A DNA stretch of 63,480 nucleotides. It comes from a virus (Duplodnaviria; Caudoviricetes). The stretch spans positions 1 through 63,480 of the IMG/VR virus record IMGVR_UViG_3300042923_000762. One strand, given 5' to 3'. Below the pieces are notes generated by a model. The model was given only the letters and a program-made list of their open reading frames with translations, was not told where the DNA came from and searched no databases. This document shows, one piece after another, positions 1-9,533 of this stretch. Within the stretch, counting starts at the first letter, position 1. Every line of letters begins with the position of its first letter. A program made the translations under genes and the position numbers.

Positions 1-127
1 ATGCGACGAAGCTGATGTTTATGCTAATGGTATTGTCATTGTCAGAGACATCCCTTTTTACAGTCATTGCGAGCATCATATGGTACCCTTCTTCGGAAAG
101 GCCCATATTGCTTACATAGCCAATGAA
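1..127. repeat. Terminal direct overlap (copy 1), identical to 63354-63480; circularisation signature
   Basis: atgcgacgaagctgatg...catagccaatgaa occurs at both window ends and lies inside folE. Confidence 0.97.
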
Positions 128-406
128 AAAGTAGTGGGCTTAAGTAAATTGGCTAGACTGGTTGAATGTTATGCAAGAAGGTTGCAGATCCAGGAAAGAT
201 TGACTAACCAGATTGCAGATTCCATTGAGAAGGAAATTAATGCTCTTGGAGTTGTAGTTATTATCAACGCAGAACATCTTTGTATGTCAATGCGGGGCGT
301 TAAGAAACCTGGAGCAAATACCATTACTTCTTCAGTAAGAGGTATCTTTACAAGTAATGGAGACGCAAGAGCTGAGGTTATGTCACTTATCAATCTAAAC
401 AAATAG
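2..406 (+). CDS. folE: GTP cyclohydrolase I, 3' part (gene starts at 63130 and crosses the junction; 209 aa in total)
   Basis: [33 protein letters not shown] and HLCMSMRGV motifs. Confidence 0.96.
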   Translation, partial: CDEADVYANGIVIVRDIPFYSHCEHHMVPFFGKAHIAYIANEKVVGLSKLARLVECYARRLQIQERLTNQIADSIEKEINALGVVVIINAEHLCMSMRGVKKPGANTITSSVRGIFTSNGDARAEVMSLINLNK

Positions 407-414
407 GAGTAGTT

Positions 415-603
415 ATGGATAGGTTTTTTATACCTACATTTACAGGTTATGAATTGCTTGATAGAGCGGATAATGAGGGAAAAGTTCTTGTAGAAGTTAA
501 AGGCCTTCCTCCGTTCTATATAACAGTAGATAATATAGCCAAACTCAAGAAAGAAGAATCACTTAAACTTTTCCATGCGAATAGACAAAAAGGAGGATTT
601 TGA
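415..603 (+). CDS. Hypothetical protein (62 aa) between folE and queC
   Basis: ORF with AGGAG RBS, tightly packed in the operon. Confidence 0.65.
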   Translation: MDRFFIPTFTGYELLDRADNEGKVLVEVKGLPPFYITVDNIAKLKKEESLKLFHANRQKGGF

Positions 604-604
604 T

Positions 605-1294
605 ATGAAGATCTTAGTATTATGTAGCGGGGGCTTAGATAGCACCGTATTACTCCACAAGGCAGTTAAAGAAGTTGGAGCTGAGAATGTAATAGCATTA
701 AATATGTACTATGGACAAAAGCATGCAAAAGAACAAGCATATGCGGATTGGCAATGTATTTCTTTAGGTGTCACATTACACAACGTAGATCTATCTAGAG
801 TATTTGACTTTAATAGAAATGTTAGTGCTTTACTTGCGGGAAGCACAATGGAAATCGAGCATAAGTCCTATGCAGAACAGTTAGAGGATCTCGGCGGAAG
901 CGGAACCGTAACTGCTTACGTACCATTTAGAAATGGTTTATTCTTATCTTACGCTACAGCAGTGGCATTGCAGCTTGACTGTAATATTATCTATTATGGA
1001 GCACATGCAGATGATGCTGCCGGCCGTGCATACCCTGATTGCACCCCAGAGTTCATTAATGCTATGGCAGATGCTATGGACGAGGGTACAGCAGGTAAGG
1101 TTAAAATGAAAGCTCCTTGGTGGGATCATAACAAAGCAGATATCGTTTCTGCCGGTATGGAACTTGGTATGACGCAATTAGACTTTGCTCATACTTGGAG
1201 CTGTTACGAGGGCAAAGAGCATCCTTGCGGCACTTGTGGTACATGTATTGATAGAAGGGCGGCCTTCGAAGCTAACGGATTAGGTGATCTGTAA
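605..1294 (+). CDS. queC: 7-cyano-7-deazaguanine (preQ0) synthase
   Basis: SGGLDS PP-loop, YGQKH, YVPFRNG, YPDC and TWSCY...CGTCGTC motifs; AGGAGG before ATG 605. Confidence 0.96.
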   Translation: MKILVLCSGGLDSTVLLHKAVKEVGAENVIALNMYYGQKHAKEQAYADWQCISLGVTLHNVDLSRVFDFNRNVSALLAGSTMEIEHKSYAEQLEDLGGSGTVTAYVPFRNGLFLSYATAVALQLDCNIIYYGAHADDAAGRAYPDCTPEFINAMADAMDEGTAGKVKMKAPWWDHNKADIVSAGMELGMTQLDFAHTWSCYEGKEHPCGTCGTCIDRRAAFEANGLGDL

Positions 1295-1581
1295 TGGCAG
1301 TAATCACTATCATTTGCCCCACTAAATTCAAGGAAGAAATAAATGACGTATATGAAGACTTGAGCTTAGCTGGTAACATTGTATTAATGCCTGTATGTGT
1401 AGATGAGTACACGAAGAAGACTGAGGAAGAAAAACTCATGAAACTTCACAAAGCTAAGATAGATCTTGCCGATGAGATAGTAGTTATTAGAAAAGCAGGA
1501 TATCTCGGTCGTGGCTCTTATGAAGAGATTGGCTATGCATATACAACAGGCAAAGATATCAGATTTATCGACTTTAGGTAA
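1294..1581 (+). CDS. Small nucleoside 2-deoxyribosyltransferase-like fold protein
   Basis: HKAKIDLADEIVVI..GYLGRGSYEEIGYA..GKDI pattern resembles NDT-like proteins with a conserved Glu; coupled to queC (TAATG). Confidence 0.6.
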   Translation: MAVITIICPTKFKEEINDVYEDLSLAGNIVLMPVCVDEYTKKTEEEKLMKLHKAKIDLADEIVVIRKAGYLGRGSYEEIGYAYTTGKDIRFIDFR

Positions 1582-1595
1582 TTGAATACACAATA

Positions 1596-1629
1596 TAAAG
1601 CCAATGATCTTTTCGGGTCATTGGCTTTA
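1596..1629. terminator. 14-bp stem-loop upstream of the TGT-like gene (terminator or processing site)
   Basis: taaagccaatgatc-ttttcg-ggtcattggcttta. Confidence 0.55.
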
Positions 1630-1661
1630 ATACTATAAAGTATCTCGGGAGGATATTAGAA

Positions 1662-2465
1662 ATGAAAGTAGCAACAATATTACCGCAGAATTATTTAGGC
1701 AAAATTAAATACGACAACTACCATATGTGTTTGGCTCATCTTATTGACACCGTCGGATATGAAGAATATACAAACTTTTATATGAGTGAAATACGTGAAG
1801 AAAGTATCCTTAGAAAAGAACCGGCATACTTGATAATGGACAACGGTCTTATCGAAGGTAATCCTCGTCCCTTCCATGAAATATTAAATAAGGCTATATA
1901 CATCGGAGCTGATGAGTTTATTTTGCCTGATGTGTATATGGATGGGCCAGCGACCAGTAAAGCAGTAATGGATGCAATGCGTTATTTAAGTCATATGGAT
2001 TCGCCAAAGACAATGGCTGTTCCTCAAGGAAAGAACATGGAAGAATGGCTAGCCTGCGCGAAATTTTTATGTGATGCTCCGGTTGATTGTATAGGTATTC
2101 CTAAGCATCTTGTATCCACTTGTGGGAGAGATGGAAGATTAGAGGCTATCTATCAATTAGCACAAACAGGCAATCTAGAGGGTAAAGAGATTCATCTTTT
2201 AGGTTGTTGGAAATCTCCATTGGAAGTATTAATGATAGCCAAAGCGGAACAATGTAATCAGATTCCAGCAATTCGTGGTGTTGATTCTGCAATTGCCTAT
2301 GTATATGCACGTGCCGGATTAAGATTTAGCGATGATGATCGTCCGGATTCCAATGCAATTGATTTTAATCATGGTACGTGTGATGAAACAATGCTGACAA
2401 TGAATATTTTGGCATGGCAAGATAGTGGTGATGTAAGTAAGGACAAGAAGACCTGGTTCTTATAG
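1662..2465 (+). CDS. Divergent tRNA-guanine-transglycosylase-like TIM barrel (DpdA-like candidate base-exchange enzyme)
   Basis: Ordered motifs IMDNG, ILPDV, AVPQG, IGIP, IHLLG and GVDS match the TGT/DpdA barrel pattern; adjacent to que genes. Confidence 0.7.
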   Translation: MKVATILPQNYLGKIKYDNYHMCLAHLIDTVGYEEYTNFYMSEIREESILRKEPAYLIMDNGLIEGNPRPFHEILNKAIYIGADEFILPDVYMDGPATSKAVMDAMRYLSHMDSPKTMAVPQGKNMEEWLACAKFLCDAPVDCIGIPKHLVSTCGRDGRLEAIYQLAQTGNLEGKEIHLLGCWKSPLEVLMIAKAEQCNQIPAIRGVDSAIAYVYARAGLRFSDDDRPDSNAIDFNHGTCDETMLTMNILAWQDSGDVSKDKKTWFL

Positions 2466-2558
2466 AATTAAGTGGTTCGACAGCTTATGCATCGATTAAA
2501 TGGGATGATACTTAAATGGACATCCAGCCACTTATACCCTGCATATCAAGGAGGTAAT

Positions 2559-2732
2559 ATGATTAGGATAGTTCCTAAAATAAAGCCTACTGTTTATTAT
2601 ATGTTGGTTAATGTGACTCGCCTTGAAAATGGTCATATTACACTAATATATTTAAACAATAGACAATTGCATAGTGAAGATTTTGTAAGTGATATTGAAT
2701 TAAACGATAAGTACTCTTTTGTATGTGTTTAA
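2559..2732 (+). CDS. Hypothetical protein
   Basis: AAGGAGG before ATG 2559 (ORF track starts upstream at 2472). Confidence 0.6.
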   Translation: MIRIVPKIKPTVYYMLVNVTRLENGHITLIYLNNRQLHSEDFVSDIELNDKYSFVCV

Positions 2733-2741
2733 GGAGGTAAT

Positions 2742-3293
2742 ATGGAAGATAAAACATGGTATTTATGCAATCCATTATTAAATGCCTCATGTGGAAAGAA
2801 ATCATGTCACTTTACGGGGGCGTGGGATGATGGATGTAGATATACTAGTAACTTAGAATTTGCAATAGAAGATACACCTATTGATCTTAAAGAAAAGTTC
2901 AGGAGGGAGATTAAAATGAATAGTAATGAAAGACAGAATACGTTATCTCGCTTAATTTTTGATGCGGAAAGACGTCTCGGGAGTTATATCGCATCAGAAG
3001 GAAATGAGAAGACGGACGATTATGCACAGAAGCAAATTGCTTTTATAAATCAGTGGTCTAAGGAGTTATATGATTTACTCCTTGATAAACCAAAAGGAAC
3101 TAAGCAAGGAAAAGGTACAATAGAGGATCCTTACAAACACCCTAGAAGTGTGGAGCAGTTGCAAGGTATCGCTGCAGGATCGCCTATTTATTTTACGGAA
3201 AAAGCTTATTATGATTTAAGGGATGATGCACGAGAAATGGCTTATGTGCGTGGTCTGCAGTTAATCTCTATAGGAGGGGCAGATGGGATGTAA
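2742..3293 (+). CDS. Hypothetical protein with Cys-rich N-terminus
   Basis: AAGGAGG RBS; possible second internal start near 2916. Confidence 0.7.
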   Translation: MEDKTWYLCNPLLNASCGKKSCHFTGAWDDGCRYTSNLEFAIEDTPIDLKEKFRREIKMNSNERQNTLSRLIFDAERRLGSYIASEGNEKTDDYAQKQIAFINQWSKELYDLLLDKPKGTKQGKGTIEDPYKHPRSVEQLQGIAAGSPIYFTEKAYYDLRDDAREMAYVRGLQLISIGGADGM

Positions 3294-5883
3294 TGAGTGT
3301 TCAGGTAAAGTTTACCCCAAGCTAACCGGGGCAGCTATGAATGCAAGAGTACAAGCATTAGTTAATTTTTCTGGTTTAATGGTTATCGGAGAATCCCCTA
3401 CGGCTATGGAGGCTAGTAGGGGAACCATTATGTCGGGGCAAGGCGCGCAGGTATTAAAGGATACGTTATTAAAGGTAGGGATGCCTTATAAAGATGATGA
3501 GGTATATTACACTACCGCATTGAAATGTGCTGTTCCCAAGAAGAAGGGACAAAAGATTCCTTCTGACGCACCAGTGAATTGCCGTCAATATTTATTAAAC
3601 GAAATCCGCGTAGTACAACCCTCTATGATACTTGTCTGTGGTTCAACTGCAATTACGGCACTGTATGGTGATTCGAAGTTAAAAGTATCTGAGATGTATG
3701 GTCGTGTATTTGAAACTGACTTTGCACCAGGAGCAAAGATTATTCCAATAATGAATCCTGGACTGTTAATACATAAGCCGGGAGATTATAAGCCATTCTT
3801 AACTATGCTTCAATTGGCATCTACTATTTTCCATGGAGGCGATCAGGTAGACACAGGGGAAACAAAGTGGACTGTATTGGATTCAGAAGCAAAATGTGAT
3901 CAGCTGTGGCAAGAGATGATGTATGCTGCAGAGGATGGTAGCCTTTTAAGAGCTGCATACGATATAGAGACCACGGGTTTGGATTATCGTGTTGTAGACT
4001 TCCTTGTAATGGGTATTTGTTTTGAAAAGAATCATACATGGATTATTCCGCGAGAGATGCGCCATCTCGTGCATAATTTCTTAGAGGGGATTAAGTGGAA
4101 ATGTATTTGGCAGAATGGTAAATACGATAAGAAAGTTATGTGGCGTCGTAATCTAGGCACGGTGCATATTGACGAAGATACACAATACATGCATTATGTA
4201 TTAGATGAGACATCGGAGCATGGCCTAGGTTATTTATCAAAGACTTTCCTTAATGCTAAGGAATATAAGTACAAGATGAATCAGCAATTTAAGGTTATCA
4301 CTCTCGAGAATTATCCACAGTACTTTGAATCTTTATGTGAGCGTGTTGCGGTCGACTGTGATTACACTTTCCAATTAGCTGATAAGTTTGATGAGTTACA
4401 TCATGATCCTGAAAACGCTTGTCTGGATAAGTTATACCATGAATTACTTATCCCCGCGGCTAACTATCTTACCAGAATAGAACAGAACGGTGTACTTGTA
4501 AATGCAAAGTATCTCGATATACTGGATAAGAAGTATAAAGTCATTCTTGAGAATATTCTAGCAGAAGTAGATGAACTTGCTTCTCCGTTTTGGGATCCGG
4601 AGTTATATAAAGCTCAAACAGGAGCAAAAACCGCCTTTAAGAATTTTAAAGCTGGCAGTTCAAAACAGATGTCTTGGATGGTATTTGATAGACTGAGGTT
4701 AAAGCCTCGTGTTAAGAAGGGACGCTCTACAAATGCCGATGTACTTGAATCCATTGAAAATCCACCGCCATTAATTAAGAAGGTATTAGAGTACAGAACG
4801 GTAAAGAAAGAACATTCAACTTATGTTATAGGTATTTTGAATGCTCGTGATGTTGATGGCCGTGTCAGAACGAACTTCACATTACATGTAACAGCAACTG
4901 GGCGTTTAAGTAGTAAAGAACCGAACATGCAGAATCAGCCATCTGCCAATGGTGTGGGTAATATACGTAAAGCATTTATTCCAGCGCCAGGTAAAGTTTT
5001 TGCAGAGATTGACTATTCCGGTGCAGAGTTGCGGTGGCTGGCATTTTTATCAGGTTGCCCTGTATTATCTAAAGTATTTATTGAAGGGCGTAATCTTCAT
5101 ACTGAGACAGCAACCGCTTTGTTTGGTGAGCATTTTACGAAGATTGAAAAGATGCGTGCTAAGGCAGTTAACTTTGGTATTCCGTATGGGCGAGAATCAA
5201 AATCATTCGTCGATGAGTTCGATATTACGGAAGCTGAAGCGCAAGCAATGATTGATGGCTGGCTCGATACCTACCATGGTGCGAGAGATTATTTGAAATG
5301 GTGTGCTGACCAAGTACAGCAAGGTAATTATCTTGAGACTCCTTGGGGACGTAGAAGGCGTTTTGGGTTAGTAACAGCGGCATCGCTACATTCATTGCAG
5401 AACGAGGCAAAGAACTTCCCTATTCAATCATCTTCATCAGATTTATTATTATGGTGCGGTATGGCTATGGAAGAAACTTTGGAAAAGCAATATAATACAA
5501 AACAATTGGATTTAATTCATGATTCTGATTTAATGGAGATCCCAGCAGATGAACAGACACTTATTGCAGTAGCAAGATATTGTAATGACGTAATGGTTCG
5601 TGCTCCTAAAGAATTATTTGATTGTCCTATTCCTTTTAAGACTGATTTTGAAATTGGGGTTAATTGGGGTGAATTGGTTACTTTTGATTATAATGAGGCA
5701 GATCCTGCTAGACGAATTCAGATTGAACATAAAGATGGTACAATGGAATATCATACGTTTGATGAGTGGTATCAGGCAGCTATGGCAGCGGAAGATCGTT
5801 ATGATGATTTAACTAGACCTTTTCAAGAAATTGTAGACGGAAGTAGAACGAATGGTTTAGATGATGAGGATGAAGAAGAATAG
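3283..5883 (+). CDS. Family A DNA polymerase with N-terminal UDG-like domain and 3'-5' exonuclease (SPO1-type architecture)
   Basis: VIGESP/ALKC/LLNEI UDG-like region; exonuclease YDIETTG, NGKYD; TATGRLSS, DYSGAELR, RAKAVNFGIPYG, NFPIQS, IHDS. Confidence 0.95.
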   Translation: MGCNECSGKVYPKLTGAAMNARVQALVNFSGLMVIGESPTAMEASRGTIMSGQGAQVLKDTLLKVGMPYKDDEVYYTTALKCAVPKKKGQKIPSDAPVNCRQYLLNEIRVVQPSMILVCGSTAITALYGDSKLKVSEMYGRVFETDFAPGAKIIPIMNPGLLIHKPGDYKPFLTMLQLASTIFHGGDQVDTGETKWTVLDSEAKCDQLWQEMMYAAEDGSLLRAAYDIETTGLDYRVVDFLVMGICFEKNHTWIIPREMRHLVHNFLEGIKWKCIWQNGKYDKKVMWRRNLGTVHIDEDTQYMHYVLDETSEHGLGYLSKTFLNAKEYKYKMNQQFKVITLENYPQYFESLCERVAVDCDYTFQLADKFDELHHDPENACLDKLYHELLIPAANYLTRIEQNGVLVNAKYLDILDKKYKVILENILAEVDELASPFWDPELYKAQTGAKTAFKNFKAGSSKQMSWMVFDRLRLKPRVKKGRSTNADVLESIENPPPLIKKVLEYRTVKKEHSTYVIGILNARDVDGRVRTNFTLHVTATGRLSSKEPNMQNQPSANGVGNIRKAFIPAPGKVFAEIDYSGAELRWLAFLSGCPVLSKVFIEGRNLHTETATALFGEHFTKIEKMRAKAVNFGIPYGRESKSFVDEFDITEAEAQAMIDGWLDTYHGARDYLKWCADQVQQGNYLETPWGRRRRFGLVTAASLHSLQNEAKNFPIQSSSSDLLLWCGMAMEETLEKQYNTKQLDLIHDSDLMEIPADEQTLIAVARYCNDVMVRAPKELFDCPIPFKTDFEIGVNWGELVTFDYNEADPARRIQIEHKDGTMEYHTFDEWYQAAMAAEDRYDDLTRPFQEIVDGSRTNGLDDEDEEE

Positions 5884-5890
5884 TGTTACT

Positions 5891-5929
5891 AGAAAGGGCA
5901 TTCATTAATTGTGAATGTCCTTTCTTTTT
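5891..5929 (+). terminator. Intrinsic terminator after the polymerase
   Basis: agaaagggcattca-loop-tgaatgtcctttct followed by a T-tract. Confidence 0.85.
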
Positions 5930-5957
5930 GCGCTTTAGTAAGCCCATTATGGCAATT

Positions 5958-5984
5958 CCACCGGTCCCAGCTCTAGCCCATCTC
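5958..5984 (-). repeat. Dispersed GAGATGGGC element (copy)
   Basis: Minus strand GAGATGGGC-TAGAGCTGGG-ACCGGTGG. Confidence 0.6.
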
Positions 5985-6036
5985 TTAATGCCATGATAAG
6001 TAGAAATGTTGTTTATTCCGAGGGTTTATGGGAGGA

Positions 6037-6064
6037 GAAGAAAAGCCTCGCGTTAAGCGGGGCT
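6037..6064 (-). terminator. Intrinsic terminator ending the late block
   Basis: agcctcgc-gttaa-gcggggct stem with an A-run on its left (U-tract on the minus strand). Confidence 0.75.
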
Positions 6065-6092
6065 AAGCTTCTAGATGTTGGATCACCTCCTT

Positions 6093-6281
6093 TTAATCTA
6101 TCTTTTGCAAGTTCAGATTATATTTTTGTCCGACTTCAAATTTAGACACATCACTGACTTGTACACTGAATGTAGCGGTTGCTACAACTTCATTTGGGTC
6201 ATTAGATGAAAAGGAAAATAGTGCAACACCCCAACTATCAAATTCTGCTATCTCGACACAAACCATATTTAAAATGTCCAT
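6093..6281 (-). CDS. Hypothetical protein
   Basis: AGGAGG RBS; last gene of the late block. Confidence 0.7.
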   Translation of the reverse strand: MDILNMVCVEIAEFDSWGVALFSFSSNDPNEVVATATFSVQVSDVSKFEVGQKYNLNLQKID

Positions 6282-6293
6282 AAATACCTCCTA

Positions 6294-7781
6294 TTAAGGT
6301 GCAATATACCCAGCGAGACTAACATATATGGAGCCAGTTCCAGAGGCGGTTGTAGCCTGTATACAAATCACACTATTAACACTACCTCTTAAGGGGCTTG
6401 CAAATTGTCTATCAAATCTACATCCGCCTGCAGGTACTTTAGTAACATAAAGTACTTTATGGAAAGTGGCGGTTTTTGCTGTACCTGAAATGGCTAAGGT
6501 AGTAGCAAGATCTGCTGTTGCGCTTAAGGTTAATGTTGTCGTGGATGGAACCGTTTTTACAGAATAAGTAGTATCAACAGTTAAGCCAGTAACGGTGGTA
6601 GCAGTAACTACAATTTGGTCGCCGACGCTTAACCCATGAGCTGCCGCTGTGGTTAAGGTATTAGACGATACAGTCTGTGAATTACAGGTAATATCAGCTT
6701 CACGCACTTCCACTTCTGTTGCATTGGCTAACACATCGGCGTATATACCTATATCTGTAATGTAATTTCTAACTCCTGTACCTGCTCCTGCTTTAGCACA
6801 ATTAATTGCAGTTGAATTGGTAATACCTCCTTTAGCGGGAGAATATTTCCACATGGATTCTGGTATTGCATATGGTTGTGTAACCAGAGCTCCAATCATA
6901 GTAGCTATTAAATTAACTATATCCCCTGAGGCTGATACTGTTGCCGGATTGGCACTAACAGCTGTTCCTGCATTTTTAAATCCAGCTATGCTGGAACCTG
7001 CACTGTCATGTGTAGCACTACCTGTAACGGGGACAGAACCAATAACGTTTACACCTAATCCTTGGCCGGCAGCTGTTTGCCCTCTGCCTGCGGTTACCTC
7101 ACAAGTAAGCTCCGCATAATCTTGACAAGCAACAAATTGTAATACGGCATTAGTACTACTAGCAGGTGCTGTGGAACCGTTTAACCAGCGAAGACGGATT
7201 CTATAGTAGGCATTTGGGTCAGGTATCTGTTGATGTCTTACATAGGAGTTTGTTCTAGCTGTGGTGCTGTCCATTGTCTTCCCATGAAAATAAGTCTCAT
7301 CACAGAAAGTTTCAATTTCAAACATACTAGTTCCCGCTGTGCTAGGTAAAGTTACTAAGCCGCTAACTAGTGAAGTATATCCACTGTTTTGTACAAAGTA
7401 TCTTGCTTTGGTGGCGGTAATATCATCAAATATAAATCCGGCCGCGTGCAATCCATCGGGTACCCCCGTTGAAGGATCTACACTAATCAACTCGATATAA
7501 AAAGCCTGATTAATTATCCTTTGTGATAAGGTTAAATTGAAACTTAACTTGAAGGGCACAGTAAAAACCGGTTCTGCTAATAAATAACCTTCTGCATCTG
7601 CCTCTGCTCCACTACTGAATATCAAAGTACCACCACTTACGGATACCTCTTGCGATGCTGCTATAGCTTTTGTCCACTTCTCTGTGTTTAAATCTGACCC
7701 AGCGAAGCTATCTCTAAACTTTTGTTGCATGCTCTTTACTTTGAGCATATCGTCTTGGCCGTCATAGGCACGTATTGGCAT
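6294..7781 (-). CDS. Probable virion-associated beta-rich protein (fibre or appendage-like)
   Basis: Thr/Ser/Ala/Gly-rich, 495 aa; GGAGG before ATG 7781; lies in the late block. Confidence 0.55.
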   Translation of the reverse strand: MPIRAYDGQDDMLKVKSMQQKFRDSFAGSDLNTEKWTKAIAASQEVSVSGGTLIFSSGAEADAEGYLLAEPVFTVPFKLSFNLTLSQRIINQAFYIELISVDPSTGVPDGLHAAGFIFDDITATKARYFVQNSGYTSLVSGLVTLPSTAGTSMFEIETFCDETYFHGKTMDSTTARTNSYVRHQQIPDPNAYYRIRLRWLNGSTAPASSTNAVLQFVACQDYAELTCEVTAGRGQTAAGQGLGVNVIGSVPVTGSATHDSAGSSIAGFKNAGTAVSANPATVSASGDIVNLIATMIGALVTQPYAIPESMWKYSPAKGGITNSTAINCAKAGAGTGVRNYITDIGIYADVLANATEVEVREADITCNSQTVSSNTLTTAAAHGLSVGDQIVVTATTVTGLTVDTTYSVKTVPSTTTLTLSATADLATTLAISGTAKTATFHKVLYVTKVPAGGCRFDRQFASPLRGSVNSVICIQATTASGTGSIYVSLAGYIAP

Positions 7782-7794
7782 ATAATATACCTCC

Positions 7795-8526
7795 CTAGTT
7801 TTTAACCAGGCAAGTTCTTGTAATAGGCCCCACTTTTCCGTCAACTTTAATTTTACAAGATTGCTGGAATTCTTTTACTGCTTTTAATGTTTTCGGTCCG
7901 AAATCACCGTCTATCTTGATATCAAATCCTGCTTCTCGTAGTTCCCATTGTAGCCATCGAACGGTGTCCCCTTGATAACAAACATATAAAGAATTGATAG
8001 GCATTTCATAAGGATTAATTCCCTTGGAGGTGGTAATGACATCCGGGAAATCATCATATGTCATAATATCCTCAAACAATAACCAATGTGTAAATTTGGT
8101 TTTTGTTATTTCGGTTTCTACTGTACCATAATCAATTCCCTTTGCTTCAACACAATAACCCTTTTTGTTAATAATACCACCAACATGGCCCTGCTTCCAA
8201 AGCGCCGCACCAGTAGGGGCTTTATCGATGTCCGCTATAAGACACCTTTTGGTAGCTCTTGAATACATTTGGTATGAACCAATTTCTACTCCTGTATACC
8301 AAGAGAGTAACCCCGAACAGTCAGTACATACTTGGCCAAGATATCTGCTTGCTTTGGTTATGTATATATTGGTGAATGTGTCTGGATAAGATCTAGCCAA
8401 TGACATCAATCTCGGTTGTGTTAACGGGCCATGAGCTCCTTTGGCTCCATACACGTAAGGGGTACCTATCTTAGTAGTAATAAATTCCGCTAAACCCTCT
8501 CCCGTTAATACTTTTGTATTACTCAT
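7795..8526 (-). CDS. Endolysin: NlpC/P60-like catalytic domain plus peptidoglycan-binding domain
   Basis: IGTPYVYG, DCSGL, GHVG; C-terminal VRWLQ..L...GF...IDGDFGPKT..AVKEFQ...VDGKVGP. Confidence 0.9.
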   Translation of the reverse strand: MSNTKVLTGEGLAEFITTKIGTPYVYGAKGAHGPLTQPRLMSLARSYPDTFTNIYITKASRYLGQVCTDCSGLLSWYTGVEIGSYQMYSRATKRCLIADIDKAPTGAALWKQGHVGGIINKKGYCVEAKGIDYGTVETEITKTKFTHWLLFEDIMTYDDFPDVITTSKGINPYEMPINSLYVCYQGDTVRWLQWELREAGFDIKIDGDFGPKTLKAVKEFQQSCKIKVDGKVGPITRTCLVKN

Positions 8527-8918
8527 TTTGTTTCCTCCTTCTTGACAACGGTTTTAACTTTGATGGGTTTTGTATTTAATTCCTCCGCATAAGTTAAAAG
8601 ATTCATATCGGGATTCTCTTCTTGCTTTTGTTTCAACCACTTGGCTGCATCCTTAATGAGTCCTTTTACATCCTCGTAGGATACAAACATCTTTATGATG
8701 CCGGGAAGCATATTATATGCCGCGTGTGATTTTAATTCACCCGTTTTACTACCAAGTTGTTGTTCTGCCTTAATAACTAAAGCCTTAATGACTTTCTTGA
8801 CAAACTTCTGTTGGCCTCTTTTCCATAAATATAACATGATTGCTATGAATATCAAAACAATCAATATATCAGACCAATATAGTTGCATTAGATTCCACAG
8901 AGCTAATAAAATATTCAT
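8523..8918 (-). CDS. Putative holin
   Basis: N-terminal TM segment; directly upstream of the endolysin. Confidence 0.65.
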   Translation of the reverse strand: MNILLALWNLMQLYWSDILIVLIFIAIMLYLWKRGQQKFVKKVIKALVIKAEQQLGSKTGELKSHAAYNMLPGIIKMFVSYEDVKGLIKDAAKWLKQKQEENPDMNLLTYAEELNTKPIKVKTVVKKEETK

Positions 8919-8934
8919 TTGTGTATCTCCTTTC

Positions 8935-9279
8935 TCATGTATCTAATCTTTGTGCAATTTCTGCAAGTTTCATATTTGCAATTTCCTGATTGTCGAACAT
9001 CTTACGAAAGTAATCACGCTGTTCTGCTCTGCATTGATCACAAAACTTTTGGTCAGCCTCTATCAGTGTCTTTAATGCCGCATTGACTTCTGTATTTTTC
9101 TCAATCACGTGTATCAGTCTGTCTTCCCGTACAAACTCTTCTTTACGCTTGCCTTTCCTGATATTATCCCAAGTCTTTATCACCGGTATAAATGCAATAC
9201 AAAGTATAACTACTACAACCAGAAGCACGATTATAGTGCTATCACTTGTCTTTGCCAAATCAGTTGCTTGTTCAATCAT
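8935..9279 (-). CDS. Putative holin or membrane lysis accessory protein
   Basis: Single TM helix plus coiled-coil-like tail, in the lysis cassette. Confidence 0.55.
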   Translation of the reverse strand: MIEQATDLAKTSDSTIIVLLVVVVILCIAFIPVIKTWDNIRKGKRKEEFVREDRLIHVIEKNTEVNAALKTLIEADQKFCDQCRAEQRDYFRKMFDNQEIANMKLAEIAQRLDT

Positions 9280-9354
9280 CGGCTAACCTCCCACAGTTCA
9301 TGTTCTATTTTTCTTTTGTAATAGGCCCGAGAAATTACTCCCGGGCCCTTGGGG

Positions 9355-9531
9355 TTACACCGTCTTATCGATTGTTAAATTCTTCTCTGCGATGTAGTTA
9401 TCAATCTGTGTTGCCAGTGCCGGCTTAGCTGATATCGTGGGGGAAGTAATTACTTCCTGATAAGTTAGCTTGCCGATTACCATTTGGTTTACTAAATAAG
9501 GAACCATTGGGTTGTAAGTTGTACCTGCCAT
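9355..9531 (-). CDS. Small tail-associated protein (58 aa, not in ORF track)
   Basis: MAGTTYNPMVPYLVNQMVIGKLTYQEV...; GGAGG RBS; typical position after tail fibre genes. Confidence 0.65.
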   Translation of the reverse strand: MAGTTYNPMVPYLVNQMVIGKLTYQEVITSPTISAKPALATQIDNYIAEKNLTIDKTV

Positions 9532-9533
9532 TG

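Noticed and set aside
1-127. 127-bp terminal repeat as a biological direct terminal repeat
   Set aside because: It lies mid-folE and has a typical assembly k-mer length, so it is best explained as a circular-contig overlap.
80-406. Truncated folE or pseudogene
   Set aside because: The 5' half is at 63130-63353 and joins in frame across the junction.
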